Origin: an uncultured virus (IMG/VR IMGVR_UViG_3300045999_010308)
Taxonomy: Duplodnaviria > Heunggongvirae > Uroviricota > Caudoviricetes
Length of the DNA stretch: 64,000 bases
IMG/VR virus record: IMGVR_UViG_3300045999_010308
Span: 1 to 64,000 of that record
Reading direction: 5' to 3' (one strand)
Shown piece after piece: positions 19,525-29,844 of the stretch. The notes beneath the pieces are model-generated. The model made no database searches. It was not told where the DNA came from and saw nothing but the letters and a program-made list of their open reading frames with translations. Positions within the stretch are counted from its first letter, which is position 1; every line of letters starts with the position of its first letter. A program made the position numbers and the translations under genes.

Positions 19525-22500
19525 TTAGCTTTGCTTTGGAGAACTTAACAAAAAGTCATTTCCAGGCATAAAGTTGCCAAAACTGGGGATATTGCCAAAA
19601 TTTATAGTATTATTCCAAGTGTTTTTACAAGTATTGTAAGTTTTGTCACAGCCGGCTGTAAGGATTACGCCATCGTGGGTAGCTACGGGGCCAGATGCTT
19701 CAGTAAATAACTGAATATTAGTTTTACCTCCAAATATTGAAACAGTTCGGTAGATTGCGTAAGTAGCTGATTTATTTGCCCCGTCTGTAAATGTGCATTT
19801 TCCCCAAGCAAGATTTTGGTATTCTCCCCACACCTCAAAGTCTCTCCGACCATTAACACCAGCAACCTGAGTTTCGTAAAATGGTACTTGTTTACGGCAT
19901 CCTGAGTTATCACCGTTATCCTGTCCAAAAGCCCATTGGCAAAAAGGTGATGTTTTTTGATCTCTACTTTGCCTTAAATTAATACTAGAGCCAGTAAGAT
20001 TTTCAAGTGTATAGCTTTCGCCACCAAGTGATTTAATTTCTCCCACATAACCTATTTGTATTTGCTCGTCTGGAAGATCTAAAAGTGAATTAGGTAGGTT
20101 TCTCCAGTCAACAACTGCTGTAATAATTCGAGCTTCTCTAAATTTATTAGAAAAAAGTAAATTTTCGTCAATATTATCACTAAAAGCACCTCTATATTCC
20201 TGATTATCCGATTGTATTCCCAATCGTTTTTCCATTGCAGTCGGATCAAGAGATTGCTTTGCTCGAAATACTACCCCGCCAATTTTTAAGTCTTGGGAAA
20301 AATTCGTATAACCGAGATTTTCTCCGTTTGTAAGTTCAATTAAAACGCAATAACACAGCGTTAGAACAGGATTCGCGAAAAAATCTTCTAGCCCTGAATC
20401 TTGTTGTATTCCCTCGGTAAATCTCCTGATCTGTAATTCTCCAAGTGAATAAATCTGTAAAGAGGATTGGTTTTGGTAGCTCAAAGAGACAGAGTTGAAT
20501 CGGGACAAAATTGATAAATTGTTAACTAAATCAGGATAACGAAATGTCGCTCCTGAACCCTTGGCACACAACCATAGGGCAATCAAATAATCAATATCTT
20601 TTTGAGATAAAGTTTTTCTTTGTTGTAAAGAGCTAATGTCAGAGGGAATATTTCTCCGAGAAAATCTTTTTCTTTCTCCACTAGATAAACTAATAATATT
20701 TGTCTCAAATTTAGGAGAAATTGTACACCTTTTAGTCAAATTTAAATTAAAATCGTGATTTAAGTCCGAAGAAAAAACATCGCTAGGTAGCAATGCAATT
20801 TCAGGCTCAATTCTTGATTCTCGTAAAATTAATTTTGGGATAGAAAAAATAGCGTTATCTCTATTTTTTGTAATAGGTTGATAATCTAATTTATCTTCTT
20901 CAAAATGACATAATACCTTAAAAGTGCCTTCCCAAGTTAATTTGGGGCTACTAGGAGGTGGATTGTTGAAAACTATTTTACCAGGAGCTACTATATATTC
21001 CGACGGTGGTATCTCTGTAGTTCCTTGATAAATTTTTAGGTTGTCAATATCTGGGTAAAGAATAGGCCTGTAATGCACGTTGTCGCCGCAGGAATATGTT
21101 TTGATCAAAATAAATTCTGTATTTACTCCATTGTGTTCTGGGCTAAATATTCCTTCTGTGGGGGATGTTGAAGCAGTGAGATTAAATTTACTGGTGATAA
21201 ACATTCCGAAAACGTTATCATCATTGCTTGGGTTCACTGTTTTTAAGCTAAGGAAAGTATCTCCTGGCTGGATAAAAGGAGTGGTACTAGCGCTATTGCC
21301 AAGAGCAAGGTTATAGTATTCGTCGTCTGGATTCCCAACCCCAAAAGGATTGGGCTGAATCGTCGGATTTGGATTGGCAGGATTATCGCCTATCCCCCCA
21401 ACAGTTATCAAACTTCCATCTGCCGATGTTTGACCAGTAGTGCGGTCATCCGCTCCCCCTGCACTTGTAGTTAAACGTCGATTATTGGTTGAGTTAGTAG
21501 TTACGTCAATTACGGTAAATTGCTGCTGCCCCAAGACTGGCTGATGGCTATGACTAGAGGCAAGTGAAACCAGAAAATCTCCCCCAGTGTAAGGACTGGC
21601 AAAATTAAACTGGAACGTGTCTCCTTCGGTGGACAGTTCTCCGTCTAAGATAACCGAGGTAAAACCTTGGGTAGAAGGATTACTATAGGCAACGACAAGA
21701 ACCGCCCCATCGTTAGTTAGGTTTGGAGAAGGAGGCCCGTTTTCAACGATAGTAAAGTTTTGCAATCCCCCCGTAAAAGAAGAGGCGATGATACTGGTGA
21801 CATCCCAAAGGACGGTAGTGGCTAGGTTGTTATTCTGACTAAGAATAGTTGCTGAATCTAAGGAAAGTGTATTCCCATTAAAAGTTACTCCGTAAACTGA
21901 ACTTTTATCCCAGACGGAAACAGCATAGAGATAAGCCCTCTCAATAGTAGAACCCGTGGGTATATTGGCTTGAATAACTCCACTATTAGTTGTACTACCG
22001 AAACCGTCAATAGAAAGGGCAGCGTTGGGAATGACATTTCGTACCATCAAATCACCCATCAAACTGGTGGCAGCAGTGGCAGCACTCAATAGGCCTTTTA
22101 CCTGATAATCAGAAAGGTCACGATAAAGAAAATCTTTTTTTGATCCTTTCATTTCTTCATGAAAGTCGAGAATGGCATTTAAATCATCAGATTGTAACGT
22201 AGTTCGAGCAAGATTGAACACTCTAATAGGGCTAGACCATTCCACTATTCGTTGTTCTGCCCCTTCTGTGTTTTCTAGTAAAGAATTAGAAAACTGAATT
22301 TCTGTTTGATAGTCTTTGTCTGGAATAATAGGAAATTCAGGAATATTTACTGGGTAAGGATCATCAGGAAAATCAACTGGATCAGTGACACGAATAATGT
22401 CAATTACTGTAACATCATAAGCTAGTTTTTTGGGTTCGCTTACAGTACCAGAATAAGTGTAATTTTTACTGGTTCTCTCTAAAGAGATTGTGTCGGCAAT

Positions 22501-22737
22501 TGAACCAGTGTAACGAGAGTTATACTGATTTTCTGGAATAGAGAAAATACTTACTTGTTGACCGTATTTGCTAATTATTTTCCAAAATTGACCAAATAGA
22601 TTAATTCCACCAACAGGCTTTAATGTCGGTTCTTTGTCCCACGAAACCGGTATACCAGTACGCCAAAATATGGGATTATCTTGACTCCCATTTAAGCTTT
22701 TTTCTCTAGCAGTTCCAAAAACGTGATAATAAATCAT
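19525..22737 (-). CDS. GTA-type distal tail/hub fusion protein (DUF2460-like + DUF2163/BR0599-like) with inserted domain
   Basis: EQRIVEW, F.YRD.SDY, GERKRF, C-terminal AGCDK...C...NN..NFG.P..PG; ~310-aa foreign-looking insert. Confidence 0.75.
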   Translation of the reverse strand: MIYYHVFGTAREKSLNGSQDNPIFWRTGIPVSWDKEPTLKPVGGINLFGQFWKIISKYGQQVSIFSIPENQYNSRYTGSIADTISLERTSKNYTYSGTVSEPKKLAYDVTVIDIIRVTDPVDFPDDPYPVNIPEFPIIPDKDYQTEIQFSNSLLENTEGAEQRIVEWSSPIRVFNLARTTLQSDDLNAILDFHEEMKGSKKDFLYRDLSDYQVKGLLSAATAATSLMGDLMVRNVIPNAALSIDGFGSTTNSGVIQANIPTGSTIERAYLYAVSVWDKSSVYGVTFNGNTLSLDSATILSQNNNLATTVLWDVTSIIASSFTGGLQNFTIVENGPPSPNLTNDGAVLVVAYSNPSTQGFTSVILDGELSTEGDTFQFNFASPYTGGDFLVSLASSHSHQPVLGQQQFTVIDVTTNSTNNRRLTTSAGGADDRTTGQTSADGSLITVGGIGDNPANPNPTIQPNPFGVGNPDDEYYNLALGNSASTTPFIQPGDTFLSLKTVNPSNDDNVFGMFITSKFNLTASTSPTEGIFSPEHNGVNTEFILIKTYSCGDNVHYRPILYPDIDNLKIYQGTTEIPPSEYIVAPGKIVFNNPPPSSPKLTWEGTFKVLCHFEEDKLDYQPITKNRDNAIFSIPKLILRESRIEPEIALLPSDVFSSDLNHDFNLNLTKRCTISPKFETNIISLSSGERKRFSRRNIPSDISSLQQRKTLSQKDIDYLIALWLCAKGSGATFRYPDLVNNLSILSRFNSVSLSYQNQSSLQIYSLGELQIRRFTEGIQQDSGLEDFFANPVLTLCYCVLIELTNGENLGYTNFSQDLKIGGVVFRAKQSLDPTAMEKRLGIQSDNQEYRGAFSDNIDENLLFSNKFREARIITAVVDWRNLPNSLLDLPDEQIQIGYVGEIKSLGGESYTLENLTGSSINLRQSRDQKTSPFCQWAFGQDNGDNSGCRKQVPFYETQVAGVNGRRDFEVWGEYQNLAWGKCTFTDGANKSATYAIYRTVSIFGGKTNIQLFTEASGPVATHDGVILTAGCDKTYNTCKNTWNNTINFGNIPSFGNFMPGNDFLLSSPKQS

Positions 22738-22738
22738 A

Positions 22739-23599
22739 CTAAACTAATCCCTCAGTCCATACTCGCGTTAAAACTCTTTCATTGCCTATCTCTGCCACAC
22801 AAATCCAAAAAGGGTTATCGCTTCCATCAGGGTCAACTCCAGTATTGCGAATAACTTGACCTAATGGAATAGCTTGATTTACTTTTATAAGGTTGTGTGC
22901 TATTCCTATGGCTCTGTTAGGAGAAGCATTATCCCTAAAAACGTAATCTGTAGCGTCAGCACCTGGAGTTGATGTTTGGCAAGTTATGCCGTAATTATCA
23001 TTTAAGATAAGGGGTTCTCTTATTGTTTGGTTTTCAGATGCAACCCTAGCCGCTTGGTTGATGCTATGAGAGCGATATAATCCGCAAATATTTCTAAATC
23101 TGCTAGTCTCAGTATATAAACCTTGTTTTGTCCATCCTGCATAAAAAAATCTATATAAACCGAAATTATAGGCTCCCCCATTATTTGATACTGCAAAATA
23201 GCAAATAGATTCGGAATTGGCTACCATGTAAATATAAGCAGTTGAAACATTTAAAGTGTTTGAAAAGAAGCTACTATCGCTAACACCTATGGATTGGCTA
23301 TTACCATTAGCGGAGCCAGATTTTATCCTCAGATTATTACGTCCAGTCTCATTTTCCCCTATCCCAACTTTAAATCTCCAATTAGCAGAACTGGAAGTTG
23401 ATGTAATGTTTCCCGTCAAAGATTCATTTGTGGACGGCGGCCTAATATAAATGGCATCAGTTCCGTCAACAAAAAAGTTGCCAGCACCAAAAGCTGTTGT
23501 GCAAAAATTAGTTAAATCAGTCGATGTGATGCCCGCTTGTCCTAGTGTCAAGGAGCGTTCGTTAAAGTAGGTATTCCCAATATTGTCTTGGTTTATCAT
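22739..23599 (-). CDS. putative tail-associated protein
   Basis: between tail fibre and hub genes; beta-rich. Confidence 0.4.
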   Translation of the reverse strand: MINQDNIGNTYFNERSLTLGQAGITSTDLTNFCTTAFGAGNFFVDGTDAIYIRPPSTNESLTGNITSTSSSANWRFKVGIGENETGRNNLRIKSGSANGNSQSIGVSDSSFFSNTLNVSTAYIYMVANSESICYFAVSNNGGAYNFGLYRFFYAGWTKQGLYTETSRFRNICGLYRSHSINQAARVASENQTIREPLILNDNYGITCQTSTPGADATDYVFRDNASPNRAIGIAHNLIKVNQAIPLGQVIRNTGVDPDGSDNPFWICVAEIGNERVLTRVWTEGLV

Positions 23600-23752
23600 G
23601 GTGTTCTATTGAATTGGTTAATATCTTGAGCGCAATATAAGAAAGTCCCACCGACTAATATTGGTGGTCGCCATGCTTGTATTTGAGAATTTGCAAGTTG
23701 GCAATAAGTAAATTCTCCGTAAAGAGATGTAAGAGAGGGGAAAAATAACCAT

Positions 23753-24943
23753 CTAGACATATTTTCTTCCTATAGTAAAAAATAAATGTTTAGGGTTATT
23801 AACAGCAGAAACAACAAGTTCTAACCTGTCTCCTATGTCAAGAAGATTCCCTGTTGTTACGGGAACAGTTAATCGAGTAGAAGTAATAGATAAATTATTC
23901 AATCCAGAAATATTTATTCCATTAATGCTAACCGATATAGTAGCTGTACCAGATTCAGATACGGCACTAAAGCTTAGGATGTTATACCCTTTTAATAAAG
24001 CGAAATCAAGAGGATAAGTTTGAACAATAGGAGATTCTATGTCCCCAGAATATTGTTCTGTATTATCATTAATCTGATTTTGGATTTTGCCTAACGCAAT
24101 CAACAGTGTATCAGTAGCAGTTATTGCGCCACCAGTAGCTGTTGACAATCCAGTTAATACGGTTGTTAAAATATTTCCACTCAAATTAATATTAATACTA
24201 TTAATCTGATTTTGGATTTTGCCTAACGCAATCAACAGTGTATCAGTAGCAGTTATTGCGCCACCAGTAGCTGTTGACAATCCAGTTAATACGGTTGTTA
24301 AAATATTTCCACTCAAATTAATATTAATACTATTAATCTGATTTTGGATTTTGCCTAACGCAATCAACAGTGTATCAGTAGCAGTTATTGCGCCACCAGT
24401 AGTTATATTTAAAGCCGTCAATGAAGTTGACAAAACTTTTGAGAAAAAACCGAAGAATCCTTTATTTCCTGATTCTTTCCCGTAGAAAGTATCATTACTA
24501 GGATTCCCTACAATTTCATCAGCTCTAGCCACTGTCCCGAACGATGATCCCCCGTAATCAGCGATAAGCATATCCCCCCCCGCGACTGAGGTTCGCCAAT
24601 CTATACCATCAAAAAATATTATTTCTCCAGAAACAGAAAAAACTGTTAATCCAGTAAAAGGCTGCCAGAATTTCCAAGTTCCTGTAGGTAATCCATTCAA
24701 GCCAATTACGGGATAAGCTATCTGATTAGTTTTTCCCGCCCATGCCCCAGTAGCTCCTGCGGGGACAATATAGTAGCTATCTATACTTTGAGGAATTGGG
24801 GGTGTGGTAAGGGTATAGGAAAGAATAGGCGCGGAGCCTATAGAAATAAGTCTAAATAGCTCGTTAGCTATTTGTTCCTTGTATTCCTGGGAAGATGCCA
24901 GTAATAATCCATTAGAGCCGAATATTGTCCCAGCCATCTCCAA
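23753..24943 (-). CDS. tail fibre protein with DUF2793-like N-terminal domain and 44-aa repeats
   Basis: YIVPAGATGAWAG...IA...W.F..P..G; GGAITATDTLLIALGKIQNQIN repeats. Confidence 0.75.
   Translation of the reverse strand: MEMAGTIFGSNGLLLASSQEYKEQIANELFRLISIGSAPILSYTLTTPPIPQSIDSYYIVPAGATGAWAGKTNQIAYPVIGLNGLPTGTWKFWQPFTGLTVFSVSGEIIFFDGIDWRTSVAGGDMLIADYGGSSFGTVARADEIVGNPSNDTFYGKESGNKGFFGFFSKVLSTSLTALNITTGGAITATDTLLIALGKIQNQINSININLSGNILTTVLTGLSTATGGAITATDTLLIALGKIQNQINSININLSGNILTTVLTGLSTATGGAITATDTLLIALGKIQNQINDNTEQYSGDIESPIVQTYPLDFALLKGYNILSFSAVSESGTATISVSINGINISGLNNLSITSTRLTVPVTTGNLLDIGDRLELVVSAVNNPKHLFFTIGRKYV
24068..24402. repeat. perfect 132-bp tandem repeat (~2.5 copies) in tail fibre
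   Basis: units start at 24068, 24200 and 24332. Confidence 0.95.
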
Positions 24944-26720
24944 ATTCCTCTTTCATCTTGGCTTTTACCCAGTTATCGTTCTCGATTTGACAAAGACTTT
25001 TCAAGTAAGCCTCGTAATTATTCAAGTCTTTTACAGTATAGTCTTTTTTGAAGATTGCGTGTAACTTCCAAGATTTAGGGGGCATCCAGTCTTTAGTTAA
25101 TTTAGGATTTTTGAATGTTTTGATCATCCATCCCCGGACACTATCAATATGCTCACCTTTCTTATAGGCTTCCTTGAGGGCGTACTTATAGGCTAAGTAT
25201 AATTCTCTATCTTTATCGTGAATAATGATCTCTAGTCTTTCGTTAGCGATTTGTTTCTTTTCTTTTGTCGGAAATTCGTAGCCACAATGAGGACAAATAC
25301 GAGCGGAAGCGTAGGTTATTTTATTGCAATTTTTGCACTCTTTGATCGGAGCTTGTCCTTTTTGAGTATCAGAAGATGTAAAAAGCTTAGGATACTCTAC
25401 ATCCTCGATAAATCCATGCTCGGTTACGTTCCCCGCTTGATCCAAAATCAGACAATCGATCTTGCCCAACCAGCTACAGAGCCGCTGACCCCGACCAGTC
25501 ATCTGAATATAAAGAGTTCTGCTCTTAGTTGGTCTAGCGTGAATTATGCAAGAAATTGCGGGTAAGTTGAACCCTATCCCGCAAGTATTGATATTTATGA
25601 TCCCCCGCAATCTCAATTCAGCTACTTTTCTAAATATTTCTCTTCTTTCCTGCTCTGGTGTTTCGGCCGTAATAACAGCCGTGGGAACACCCCTCTCGTT
25701 AAATTCTGTACAGAGGCTTTTAGCGTGTTCCACACCCGTAGCAAAACAAACGAATTGTCTCCCTTGACCGAGCCTGCGATACTCGGAAACTGTTGATTTT
25801 ACCGCCTCAAGACAACGAATCTCTAACTGACTAGCATCAAAGTCACCGCCATTAATTTTTACTCCTTTAGTATTAATTTTATTTTTAGTTCCAAAATAAA
25901 CACAACCGACAAGCGCGCCACGTTCGATCATTTCTTTTGGAGTGGGTCCAGTTACCTGAACCTCAAAAATATCTCCCAACTCTTCACGCGGAGTTGCTGT
26001 TAGTCCAATTACGAGGCGATTATCTACTGGTAGGGTTTTCCCTGAAAAAAGGTGCTGTTGTTTCCGAATTACTCCCCATGCTGAGTTTATTTCTTGTAAT
26101 ATCTCTTTTGACTCAGCGTAAACTAGGCTAAGGTGTTTGCATTTTTCTTTAGCTTCCTCAAAAGTAATTTTGTAAGATTCTATGTCTTCTCTTTCTACAG
26201 CGATACCTAATACTGCTAATTCATCACGAATGTCTTTAATTGAGGTTGTTTGCTTACCGTTTTTAAGATTGGGAAAATTGTCTCTAAACCATTGGCAGTA
26301 AGCTGATAGATGAACTTCGTCGGCCAGTATTACTTCGGGATTAAACCAAGTAATATCTCGTCCTCTAGATAAGGTTTGAGTTGTTGCGATTTGTACTAAT
26401 TGGCTTCTATCTTCTTTGTAGTTACCAGCAATTACCCCAGCAGATAGTCCAAATTTTCCTAGAGTTTCTAGGGTTTGCTCAATAAGCACCCTAAAAGGTA
26501 CTACGATTAAAGTCCGACGCTGTCTTTTTACAGCAGCGTCGTAGATTATTTGACACAAAAATACTGTTTTACCCCATCCGCAAGGGGCAACTGCTAAGGC
26601 TCTTTTGTAGATTTTTAGAGCATCATACAGTTCTCTTTTAAGAGCTTTTTGGTCATCTCTTAATTGAATTTGTGGCTTGGTCGGCACGAAAAGTGTTTGT
26701 GTTTGTAGTGTTAGTGTCAT
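24912..26720 (-). CDS. superfamily 2 DEAD/DEAH helicase with C-terminal Zn ribbon (RadD/YejH-like)
   Basis: APCGWGKT, DEVH, TATP, QMTGRGQR, CKNC/CPHC. Confidence 0.9.
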   Translation of the reverse strand: MTLTLQTQTLFVPTKPQIQLRDDQKALKRELYDALKIYKRALAVAPCGWGKTVFLCQIIYDAAVKRQRRTLIVVPFRVLIEQTLETLGKFGLSAGVIAGNYKEDRSQLVQIATTQTLSRGRDITWFNPEVILADEVHLSAYCQWFRDNFPNLKNGKQTTSIKDIRDELAVLGIAVEREDIESYKITFEEAKEKCKHLSLVYAESKEILQEINSAWGVIRKQQHLFSGKTLPVDNRLVIGLTATPREELGDIFEVQVTGPTPKEMIERGALVGCVYFGTKNKINTKGVKINGGDFDASQLEIRCLEAVKSTVSEYRRLGQGRQFVCFATGVEHAKSLCTEFNERGVPTAVITAETPEQERREIFRKVAELRLRGIININTCGIGFNLPAISCIIHARPTKSRTLYIQMTGRGQRLCSWLGKIDCLILDQAGNVTEHGFIEDVEYPKLFTSSDTQKGQAPIKECKNCNKITYASARICPHCGYEFPTKEKKQIANERLEIIIHDKDRELYLAYKYALKEAYKKGEHIDSVRGWMIKTFKNPKLTKDWMPPKSWKLHAIFKKDYTVKDLNNYEAYLKSLCQIENDNWVKAKMKEEFGDGWDNIRL

Positions 26721-26767
26721 GTTTTTATTTTAGATTATATTTTGGTTTTAATAAAATCTATAGCCAC

Positions 26768-27190
26768 TTACAATTGACTATTTTTTTTTCTAGACGAGTC
26801 TATTTTAGACTGTATTCCATTTTCGATAAAATCTGAGATAGGTCTCATTATTTCCTTTGTTTCTGTGAGTAAAATATCCAAATGTTTACCATCTCCTTGT
26901 ATTTTTTTCTTGTTTGATTTTATTTCAACCCAACTAAGATAAGGTACAGAATTATGCTCTAAAGCTAAACAAGCTTCTACTGTAACTATTAATTTTTTAG
27001 AATATTTATTTTGAAACTCAATCCACACTTCGTATTGACATTGGACTAGACATTGAGAAAACATATGCAGTGTTCCTTGTAGATAGGAAAATCCGTCTTC
27101 CGTCTTTATTTGCCATTCTGAGTAATTAGACTGACTAAAAGTTTCTCTACAAAAAACCTCAATTTGTTTCAATGCTTCTATTTTGTTCAT
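26768..27190 (-). CDS. hypothetical protein (paralogous family)
   Basis: similar N-terminal helix to neighbouring ORFs. Confidence 0.55.
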   Translation of the reverse strand: MNKIEALKQIEVFCRETFSQSNYSEWQIKTEDGFSYLQGTLHMFSQCLVQCQYEVWIEFQNKYSKKLIVTVEACLALEHNSVPYLSWVEIKSNKKKIQGDGKHLDILLTETKEIMRPISDFIENGIQSKIDSSRKKNSQL

Positions 27191-27195
27191 TAGCG

Positions 27196-27672
27196 TTAAT
27201 CCTCAGCTTTAATTGTTTTGATAAAACCTAAAATAGTTTCCATTATCTTTGTTGCTTCTGGAATCAAAATATTGAACTCTTCTTTGTTTCCGCTTGGATA
27301 AAGATTATATCTTGAAGTTTCATTGTTTTTGTCAAGACTGTAGTTCCAATGCAGGACAACCAAAGACCCGCCTAACGTACCTTCTATTGTGATTTTTTCA
27401 AAGCATTTGTTTATCAATTGATATTCAGTCGAAATTTCTCGACATTCAATCAAAACTTCATACCTTTTGTTTTTTATTAACTTACCATAAGTTTTGTAAA
27501 GATAATCTTCTTTAATTACCAAAGTTCCTATCAAACGAATACATTTGTCGTCTGCGACTGTATCCCACTCTGAGATGTCCACTGTATCGTATTCGGAGAT
27601 ACTCATCTGCTCAAAAGTTTTTTTAAAGACATCTCTGATTTCTTTAAGTGACGCTTTTTTTAATAGTTCCAT
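27196..27672 (-). CDS. hypothetical protein (paralogous family)
   Basis: ORF with GAGG RBS; C-terminal IL.PEA..IM..I..FI shared with 26768..27190. Confidence 0.55.
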   Translation of the reverse strand: MELLKKASLKEIRDVFKKTFEQMSISEYDTVDISEWDTVADDKCIRLIGTLVIKEDYLYKTYGKLIKNKRYEVLIECREISTEYQLINKCFEKITIEGTLGGSLVVLHWNYSLDKNNETSRYNLYPSGNKEEFNILIPEATKIMETILGFIKTIKAED

Positions 27673-27682
27673 TGTTATTGCC

Positions 27683-28015
27683 TCAAATACAAATAACTAA
27701 ATCGCCGACACAAACATTGACAAATTTCTTGCAGTCATATCGAGAATTATTACAAGCTTGAATAATAGAGGTATTTTCTTTAACAGAAATAATCATTCCT
27801 GACCCTTTATAAAGAATACGATGACCAATGAAGTCGCTAGTTATCGGGTCGTATATTGGCTTGTTTGTAATCGAATAAACTAGATGAGAAGTATCTATTC
27901 GGATACAATTTAATTTACCACGGTTTATTACTACTTTAAAATCATCGATAACTTCAATTACCTTAGCTGGATACGTTCCTTTAGGCGGAAGTCCTAACTC
28001 TTTGTTTGTCGCCAT
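27683..28015 (-). CDS. hypothetical beta-barrel protein
   Basis: KVVINRG...I.DPIT...G...VGDLV pattern. Confidence 0.55.
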   Translation of the reverse strand: MATNKELGLPPKGTYPAKVIEVIDDFKVVINRGKLNCIRIDTSHLVYSITNKPIYDPITSDFIGHRILYKGSGMIISVKENTSIIQACNNSRYDCKKFVNVCVGDLVICI

Positions 28016-28038
28016 TGTTTTAACTCTTAGTAATGTTT

Positions 28039-28401
28039 TTACTCTTGGATTTCATCGAGAATAAAGTTAAAAATATTTAACATTATTTTTCGAGTTTCTC
28101 TGTATTTGTTATCAAAATAATCAGATTTTGACTTTCTAATATAATTAAATGCTATTTGATTCTCATAACGATAGTTATTGTCTCTATCATCAGGGTTTAT
28201 CCATAATTCAAACGTGCCTACATAATACGCTTTGCATAAAACACGCTTAAGCGGACTATCCAGAAAAACCTCTATTATTAATTCATCAGGAAAAAGTGGA
28301 CACTGAATTATATTATTTTCAGAGTCAAGATTCCATCTTAAATTTGGATAACTTCTGTGACAGAATTCCAATATTTTCTCTGTTACTTGTTTTATGTCCA
28401 T
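28039..28401 (-). CDS. hypothetical protein (paralogous family)
   Basis: paralog of 28415..28861 (EK...FC...YP.L.W; IFNFI.DEIQE). Confidence 0.6.
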   Translation of the reverse strand: MDIKQVTEKILEFCHRSYPNLRWNLDSENNIIQCPLFPDELIIEVFLDSPLKRVLCKAYYVGTFELWINPDDRDNNYRYENQIAFNYIRKSKSDYFDNKYRETRKIMLNIFNFILDEIQE

Positions 28402-28414
28402 TTGTTACTCCTGT

Positions 28415-28861
28415 CTATTCTTGGATTTCATCTTCAATAAAATTAAAGATTTCTCTCACTATTTTTCTGGCTTTTTTTACTAAAAGCCAGCTATCATCAT
28501 TCCACTCGTCATGAGTGGCAATCGTAAACTCTAACTCGCTATTCTTATCATGGTTTAGACTTACTTGAAAGCTACCTGACCAGGGAAGTAAGGATTTTTC
28601 TTCTGATTGAGATATTCGAAGCAACCCTAGTATATAATCGTAAGTAGCTTCTTTTTCGTAAGAATAACGCTCTTGTTTTTTCTCTGAGCGAATTTCTAGC
28701 TCCAGTTTAAACAAAGAGCAAGAACCAAAAATAAGTGAAACATCCTTACAATTATCAATACCACTATAAGAATAATCCCAAGACCATTTTAAATCTGGAT
28801 ATCTTCCCTCACAAAAATTAAACAGTTTTTCCGCTACTAACCGTGTGTCCATTAGTGTCAC
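28415..28861 (-). CDS. hypothetical protein (paralogous family)
   Basis: paralog of 28039..28401. Confidence 0.6.
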   Translation of the reverse strand: MTLMDTRLVAEKLFNFCEGRYPDLKWSWDYSYSGIDNCKDVSLIFGSCSLFKLELEIRSEKKQERYSYEKEATYDYILGLLRISQSEEKSLLPWSGSFQVSLNHDKNSELEFTIATHDEWNDDSWLLVKKARKIVREIFNFIEDEIQE

Positions 28862-29192
28862 TCCTGTTGGGTGAAATTACTAGGAAATACCTACTGATTC
28901 CTCTACTAGAATACCGCGATGCCCGTTGCGGCTTAAAGCGTCTAAATAAGCCATTAATCGGCTTTCGTGCATAGAAGTTTTAATCTTGCAAGGTTTATTT
29001 TTTCTATCTATTGTTCTGATTGTATATTTCATTGTCTCCAATCCTTTAAGTGTTTTCTACAATTTTCTAGATGCGCTTTAAGCCTATTAGCAGACTCTTG
29101 TTCTTCCGTTCCTCTGACAAGTCCTTTGTTCTTGTCAATCTCATCCTGACTTGATAATTTAGCCCATGCTTTCTTTTTTTCTTCTGTCATGA

Positions 29193-29381
29193 TTACACCT
29201 TTACTTTTTTAAAACCCCGTTGTTCTAAAACTTTATTATACTCCTGGATTTTAGAGTATAAAATGGCACGTTTTTTTTGGACATTTTCTCCAGATTCTTT
29301 TTTAGAATTTCGATATTGTCCCGCATAGAAATTAGCGTAATAACTAATTTCAGCAGTGTTCATGTTTACGATAAGCTTCAT
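29193..29381 (-). CDS. hypothetical protein
   Basis: GAGGA RBS; promoter TTGACA-17-TAAGAT at 29408-29436. Confidence 0.55.
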   Translation of the reverse strand: MKLIVNMNTAEISYYANFYAGQYRNSKKESGENVQKKRAILYSKIQEYNKVLEQRGFKKVKV

Positions 29382-29432
29382 GATTTCCTCTTCAATCTAT
29401 TACTTAAATCTTACATCATTTTACTAGAATTG

Positions 29433-29636
29433 TCAAGAAATTTCTGTAAAATCTTCTTTGCGAAAACAGTAAAAATGTTCTCCTTTTGTGAGGTGATCGA
29501 GTGACTCAAAGTGATAGTAGATTCCTATAGCAGTCTTAACAATCCCCAGTGGTTTGCACCGAGGAAAAACTTGACCATAGGAATTGACACGATAAACCTT
29601 TTCAGGGTATCGAGAGGGAATGTATTGTCCAATCAT
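29433..29636 (-). CDS. hypothetical protein
   Basis: ORF directly downstream of tRNA-like RNA. Confidence 0.45.
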   Translation of the reverse strand: MIGQYIPSRYPEKVYRVNSYGQVFPRCKPLGIVKTAIGIYYHFESLDHLTKGEHFYCFRKEDFTEIS

Positions 29637-29640
29637 TAGG

Positions 29641-29838
29641 TACTAGAGACGGGAATTGAACCCGCAAAACTTAATTAAATCTACTCCTGACGAAACGCCC
29701 TTCCCTCACTCAATCTTTGCCAAGTTCGGTGGATTCGCAAATTTCAGTTTTGAAACAAAAAATAACTTTATTTTTTGCATTAAGTCCCTTTTCGGTTGAA
29801 GGCTCCGTTTCAGCCTTTAGCTACCAAGCTACTCTAGC
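29641..29838 (-). ncRNA. tRNA-like RNA with ~110-nt insert replacing the anticodon loop
   Basis: acceptor GCTAGAG/CTCTAGT+A, D-stem GCTT/AGGC, stem GAAAC/GTTTC, T-arm GCGGG-TTCAATT-CCCGT; promoter immediately upstream. Confidence 0.7.
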
Positions 29839-29844
29839 ACTTTA

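Noticed and set aside
29641..29838. Canonical tmRNA (ssrA) or ordinary tRNA call
   Set aside because: Too short for ssrA, lacks G3-U70 and an AA-ending tag; no 7-nt anticodon loop for a normal tRNA; kept only as tRNA-like RNA
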